The notes under the pieces were generated by a model. The model ran no database searches and had not been told where the DNA came from. It saw nothing but the letters and a program-made list of their open reading frames with translations. Below are positions 60,963 to 64,000 of a stretch of 64,000 nt of DNA, piece by piece (within the stretch, counting starts at the first letter, position 1; every line of letters starts with the position of its first letter). Position numbers and translations under genes: made by a program. Source of the DNA: an uncultured Acidobacteriota bacterium (lineage in GTDB: Bacteria; Acidobacteriota; Thermoanaerobaculia; Multivoradales; SZUA-115); contig CAWDVR010000001.1 in NCBI GenBank assembly GCA_963805975.1, forward strand, positions 32,001 through 96,000, read 5' to 3'.

Positions 60963-63203
60963 TCAGCCGGTCGGCGCCCCCACCGCCCAAAGCAGGAAGG
61001 CATACTCCATGGCGAGCTCGGAGAGCGAGCCGTAGCGGCCCGAGGCGCCGGCGTGGCCGGCGCCCAGGTGGGTCTTCAAGAGCAGCATGCGGTCGCCCTT
61101 CCGCGTGGCGCGCAGTTTCGCCACCCACTTCGCCGGCTCCCAGTAGGAGACCCGCGGGTCGTTGAAGCCCGCCGTCACCAGCAGGTGCGGGTACTCGACC
61201 GGCGCCACGTTGTCGTAGGGCGAGTAGGCGCGCATGGCGTCGAAGAAGGCGGGCTCGTTGGGGTTGCCCCACTCCTCGTACTCGGGCACCACCAGCGGCA
61301 GCGTGGGGTCGAGCATGGTGTTCATCACGTCGACGAACGGCACGCGCGCGATGGCGGCGCGGAAGAGGTCGGGCCGCAGGTTGACCACCGCGCCGACCAG
61401 CAGGCCACCGGCGCTGCCGCCGGAGATGGTGAGCCTCTCCGGCGTGGAGTAGCCGGCGCGCACCAGCCGCTCGGCGGCGGCGACGAAGTCGGTGAAAGTA
61501 TTTTTCTTGGCGAGGAGCTTGCCGCTGTCGTGCCAGGTCTCGCCGGTCTCGCCGCCGCCCCGCACGTGGGCGATGGCGAAGCAGAAGCCGCGGTCGAGGA
61601 GCGACAGCCGGTTGGGGTTGAAGACCGGGTCGGTGGGGGCGCCGTAGGCGCCGTAGCCGGTGAGCAGGCAGGGCCCCGAGCCGTCGCGCGGGCGGTCCTT
61701 GCGGTAGACGACCGAGATCGGGATCTCGGTGCCGTCGCCGGCCCGCGCCGAGAGCCGCTCGGTGAGGTAGGCGGCCGGGTCGTAGCCGCCGCGCACCGTC
61801 TCCTGCTTCCGGAGCTCGCGGGTGCGCGCCGCCATGTCGTAGTCGAAGACCGTGCCCGGGGTCACCATCGAGGTATAGCGGAAACGCAGCGCCGAGGTCT
61901 CGAAGTGCTCGTTGGCCCCCGGCCAGACGGTGTAGACCGGCTCCGGGAAATCGACCTCGTGCTCGGCGCCGCTCGCGAGATCGCGCACCAGGATGCCGGC
62001 GAAGCCGCCGCGGCGCACGAAGACCGCCAGGTGATGAGCGAAGACCTCGAAGCCGGTGAGGGCGAGATCCTCGCGGGCGGGGATCACTTCCTGCCAGCGC
62101 GCGGGGTCGAGGTCGGCCTCCGGCACGGCCAGCAGGCGGAAGTTCTTGGCGCCGTCGTTGGTGCGGACGAAGAACGACTGGCCGTGGTGCTCCAGCCAGT
62201 ACTCGACCCCCGGCCGCCGAGCCGCGAAGAGCTGCAGCCTGGCCGTGGGCTGGTCCGCGGGCAGGAAGCGCCACTCGGAAGTGGTGTTGCTCATGCCGCC
62301 GAGGAAGATGACGCGGCCGTCCTTGCTCCGCGTGACGTAGATCTCGAAGGCGGCGTCGGTCTCCTCGTAGAGCAGCACGTCGTCGCCGGGCCGCCCGCCC
62401 AGCGGGTGGCGGAAGAGACGGTAGGGCCGGTGGGCCTCGTCGTGGGTGACGTAGAAGAGCGTGCGGTTGTCGTTGGCCCAGGCGAGGCCGTAGGCGGCGC
62501 CGCTGATCTCGTCGGCCAGGAGCTCGCCGGTCGCGAGGTCCTTGACCCGCACTGTCAGGTACTCCGAACCGTCGTCGTCGAAGGCATACGCCAGGAGCCG
62601 TCCGTCCGGGCTGACCTCGGAGCTGCCCAGGGAGAAGTACTCGAGCCCTTGGGCCAGGGCGTTGACGTCGAGCATCACCTCTTCCGGCGCTTGCGGCTCG
62701 CCGGCGCGGGTGACCCGCCGACGGCAGAGGATGGGGTACTCACCCCCCTCTTCGTGGCGGTCGTAGTAGTAGAACCCGCCCTTGCGGTAGGGAACGGAGA
62801 GGTCGGTCTCCTGGATGCGCCCGACGAGCTCCTGGTAGAGCTGCTCCTCGAGAGCGCGGGTGGGCTCCATCACCGCCTCGGTGTAGAGGTTCTCCTGCTC
62901 GAGGTAGTGGGTCACCTCGGGGTTCTCGCGCTCGCGCAGCCAGCCGTAGTCGTCCCACAGCGTGCGGCCCAGCACCTGGCGCGAGGTTGGCACCACCTTG
63001 GCAATGGGTGGGAGCGGCGTGCCGTCCGCGGCGCGCCGGAAGGGCACGGTGGGCGCGGGTGGCGGTGGAGCCGGGAGGGCCGCGGCCGGCACGGGCGCCA
63101 CCGGCGCGGCGGGCGCGGGCGGTGCGGGAGACTGGCAGGCGAGGCTGAGGGACAGACAGACGACCAGCAGGAGCGGCAGGCGCCGGCTCGGAGCGAGAGA
63201 CAT
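60963..63203 (-). CDS. ptrB: Oligopeptidase B (S9A), lipoprotein
   Basis: LSLAC lipobox; DDYGWLR, YGAYG, HVRGGGE, GGSAGG, DPRVSYWEPAKW, GH. Confidence 0.92.
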   Translation of the reverse strand: MSLAPSRRLPLLLVVCLSLSLACQSPAPPAPAAPVAPVPAAALPAPPPPAPTVPFRRAADGTPLPPIAKVVPTSRQVLGRTLWDDYGWLRERENPEVTHYLEQENLYTEAVMEPTRALEEQLYQELVGRIQETDLSVPYRKGGFYYYDRHEEGGEYPILCRRRVTRAGEPQAPEEVMLDVNALAQGLEYFSLGSSEVSPDGRLLAYAFDDDGSEYLTVRVKDLATGELLADEISGAAYGLAWANDNRTLFYVTHDEAHRPYRLFRHPLGGRPGDDVLLYEETDAAFEIYVTRSKDGRVIFLGGMSNTTSEWRFLPADQPTARLQLFAARRPGVEYWLEHHGQSFFVRTNDGAKNFRLLAVPEADLDPARWQEVIPAREDLALTGFEVFAHHLAVFVRRGGFAGILVRDLASGAEHEVDFPEPVYTVWPGANEHFETSALRFRYTSMVTPGTVFDYDMAARTRELRKQETVRGGYDPAAYLTERLSARAGDGTEIPISVVYRKDRPRDGSGPCLLTGYGAYGAPTDPVFNPNRLSLLDRGFCFAIAHVRGGGETGETWHDSGKLLAKKNTFTDFVAAAERLVRAGYSTPERLTISGGSAGGLLVGAVVNLRPDLFRAAIARVPFVDVMNTMLDPTLPLVVPEYEEWGNPNEPAFFDAMRAYSPYDNVAPVEYPHLLVTAGFNDPRVSYWEPAKWVAKLRATRKGDRMLLLKTHLGAGHAGASGRYGSLSELAMEYAFLLWAVGAPTG

Positions 63204-63302
63204 CGGTTGGGTTCTCCGTGTGAGTGAATGAGACGGCGAGAAGGGGGGCGCGAAAATCGTAACACAGAGGCCTTGCCGCGAAAGCAGGGGGTAAGATCGA
63301 AA

Positions 63303-63381
63303 CCGAGTGGATTCCCGCTGGCGCGGGAATGACGATCCGGCTTCGCTCCGGTCATTCCCGCGCCAGCGGGAATCCACTCGG
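63303..63381. repeat. REP doublet with ATTCCC-N8-GGGAAT core
   Basis: Perfect 31-bp inverted repeat, 63303-63333 vs 63351-63381. Confidence 0.9.
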
Positions 63382-63421
63382 CTCCGGGTTCAAACCAGCA
63401 AGCTGTCGAGGAGCTTTCTTC

Positions 63422-64000
63422 ATGAGCATCGAGCCGCGTTCCAAGAGCCTTCCCGCCCGCCATGTGTGGGCTCATCTCCTGCTGGCTCTCGCTGTGTCGG
63501 CGATCGGCGTGGCAGTTGTCGGCCAGACCGCAGCCGCTCAGAGCTCCGCCGCCGAGACCCCACCCGGACAATTCGTCGAGGAGGCGCGGGTGACGGCCAT
63601 CGAGATTCCGGTGGCGGCGAAGAATCCCTCCGGGGCCGTTCCCGCCGAGCTCAAGCCGGAAGATTTCACGGTGGCCGAGGAGGGCGAGGTGCGGCCGGTG
63701 ACCCAGGTGGAGGCGATCGGCGGCGCGTCCGGCGTGCCCTGGCGGCTGGTGATCTACGCCGACCTCGCCACCGCCCGCGCCGCCAACCTGCAGGCGGCGG
63801 CGCTGTCGCTCGCCGAGCGGGCCGAGGCCCTGACCGCCCTGGGCGAGATCGAGATCTGGGTCGCCGACCCGGCTCCGATGCCGCTCCTGCCGCCCACCCG
63901 CGACCGCGACCTGCTGGGCAACGCCCTCGCCCGCTTGCTGCTCGAGTTCGACGCCAAGGACGAGGTGAACGAGCTGCGGCGCGGCGTGCTCGCGGCGCTC
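63422..64000 (+). CDS. Partial secreted VWFA-related Acidobacteria-type protein
   Basis: Signal peptide; FVEEARVTAIEIPV...ELKPEDFTVAEEG...WRLVIYAD; open to window end. Confidence 0.7.
   Translation, partial: MSIEPRSKSLPARHVWAHLLLALAVSAIGVAVVGQTAAAQSSAAETPPGQFVEEARVTAIEIPVAAKNPSGAVPAELKPEDFTVAEEGEVRPVTQVEAIGGASGVPWRLVIYADLATARAANLQAAALSLAERAEALTALGEIEIWVADPAPMPLLPPTRDRDLLGNALARLLLEFDAKDEVNELRRGVLAAL

Overview
High-GC bacterial chromosome segment. Gene content and lineage-type C-terminal domains suggest Acidobacteriota, probably Thermoanaerobaculia (inference). Housekeeping genes: a KDO/lipid A operon (kdsB-pyrG-kdsA-kdsD-kdsC-lpxL), polyprenyl synthase, lolA, purH, tusA, tRNA-Phe(GAA), hisS coupled to a histidine ammonia-lyase with a non-canonical SSG MIO triad, ada and alkA-ogt (sharing an upstream box), a form II cox/xdh cluster, blaI/blaR1-like pair, pepQ, oligopeptidase B and many secreted hydrolases. 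Accessory material: two type II TA pairs, a lower-GC DUF5131 (Gp37/Gp68) + TcmP cassette inside the remains of an MmeI-like restriction-modification gene, an IS4-like MITE carrying a REP doublet, several REP families (one read through in frame by xdhC), and a 35-aa peptide gene in front of a zinc-finger/TPR-like protein. The peptide/TPR module and the DUF5131-TcmP cassette are the best candidates for an undescribed system. All family assignments come from motif recognition by eye; no searches were run.
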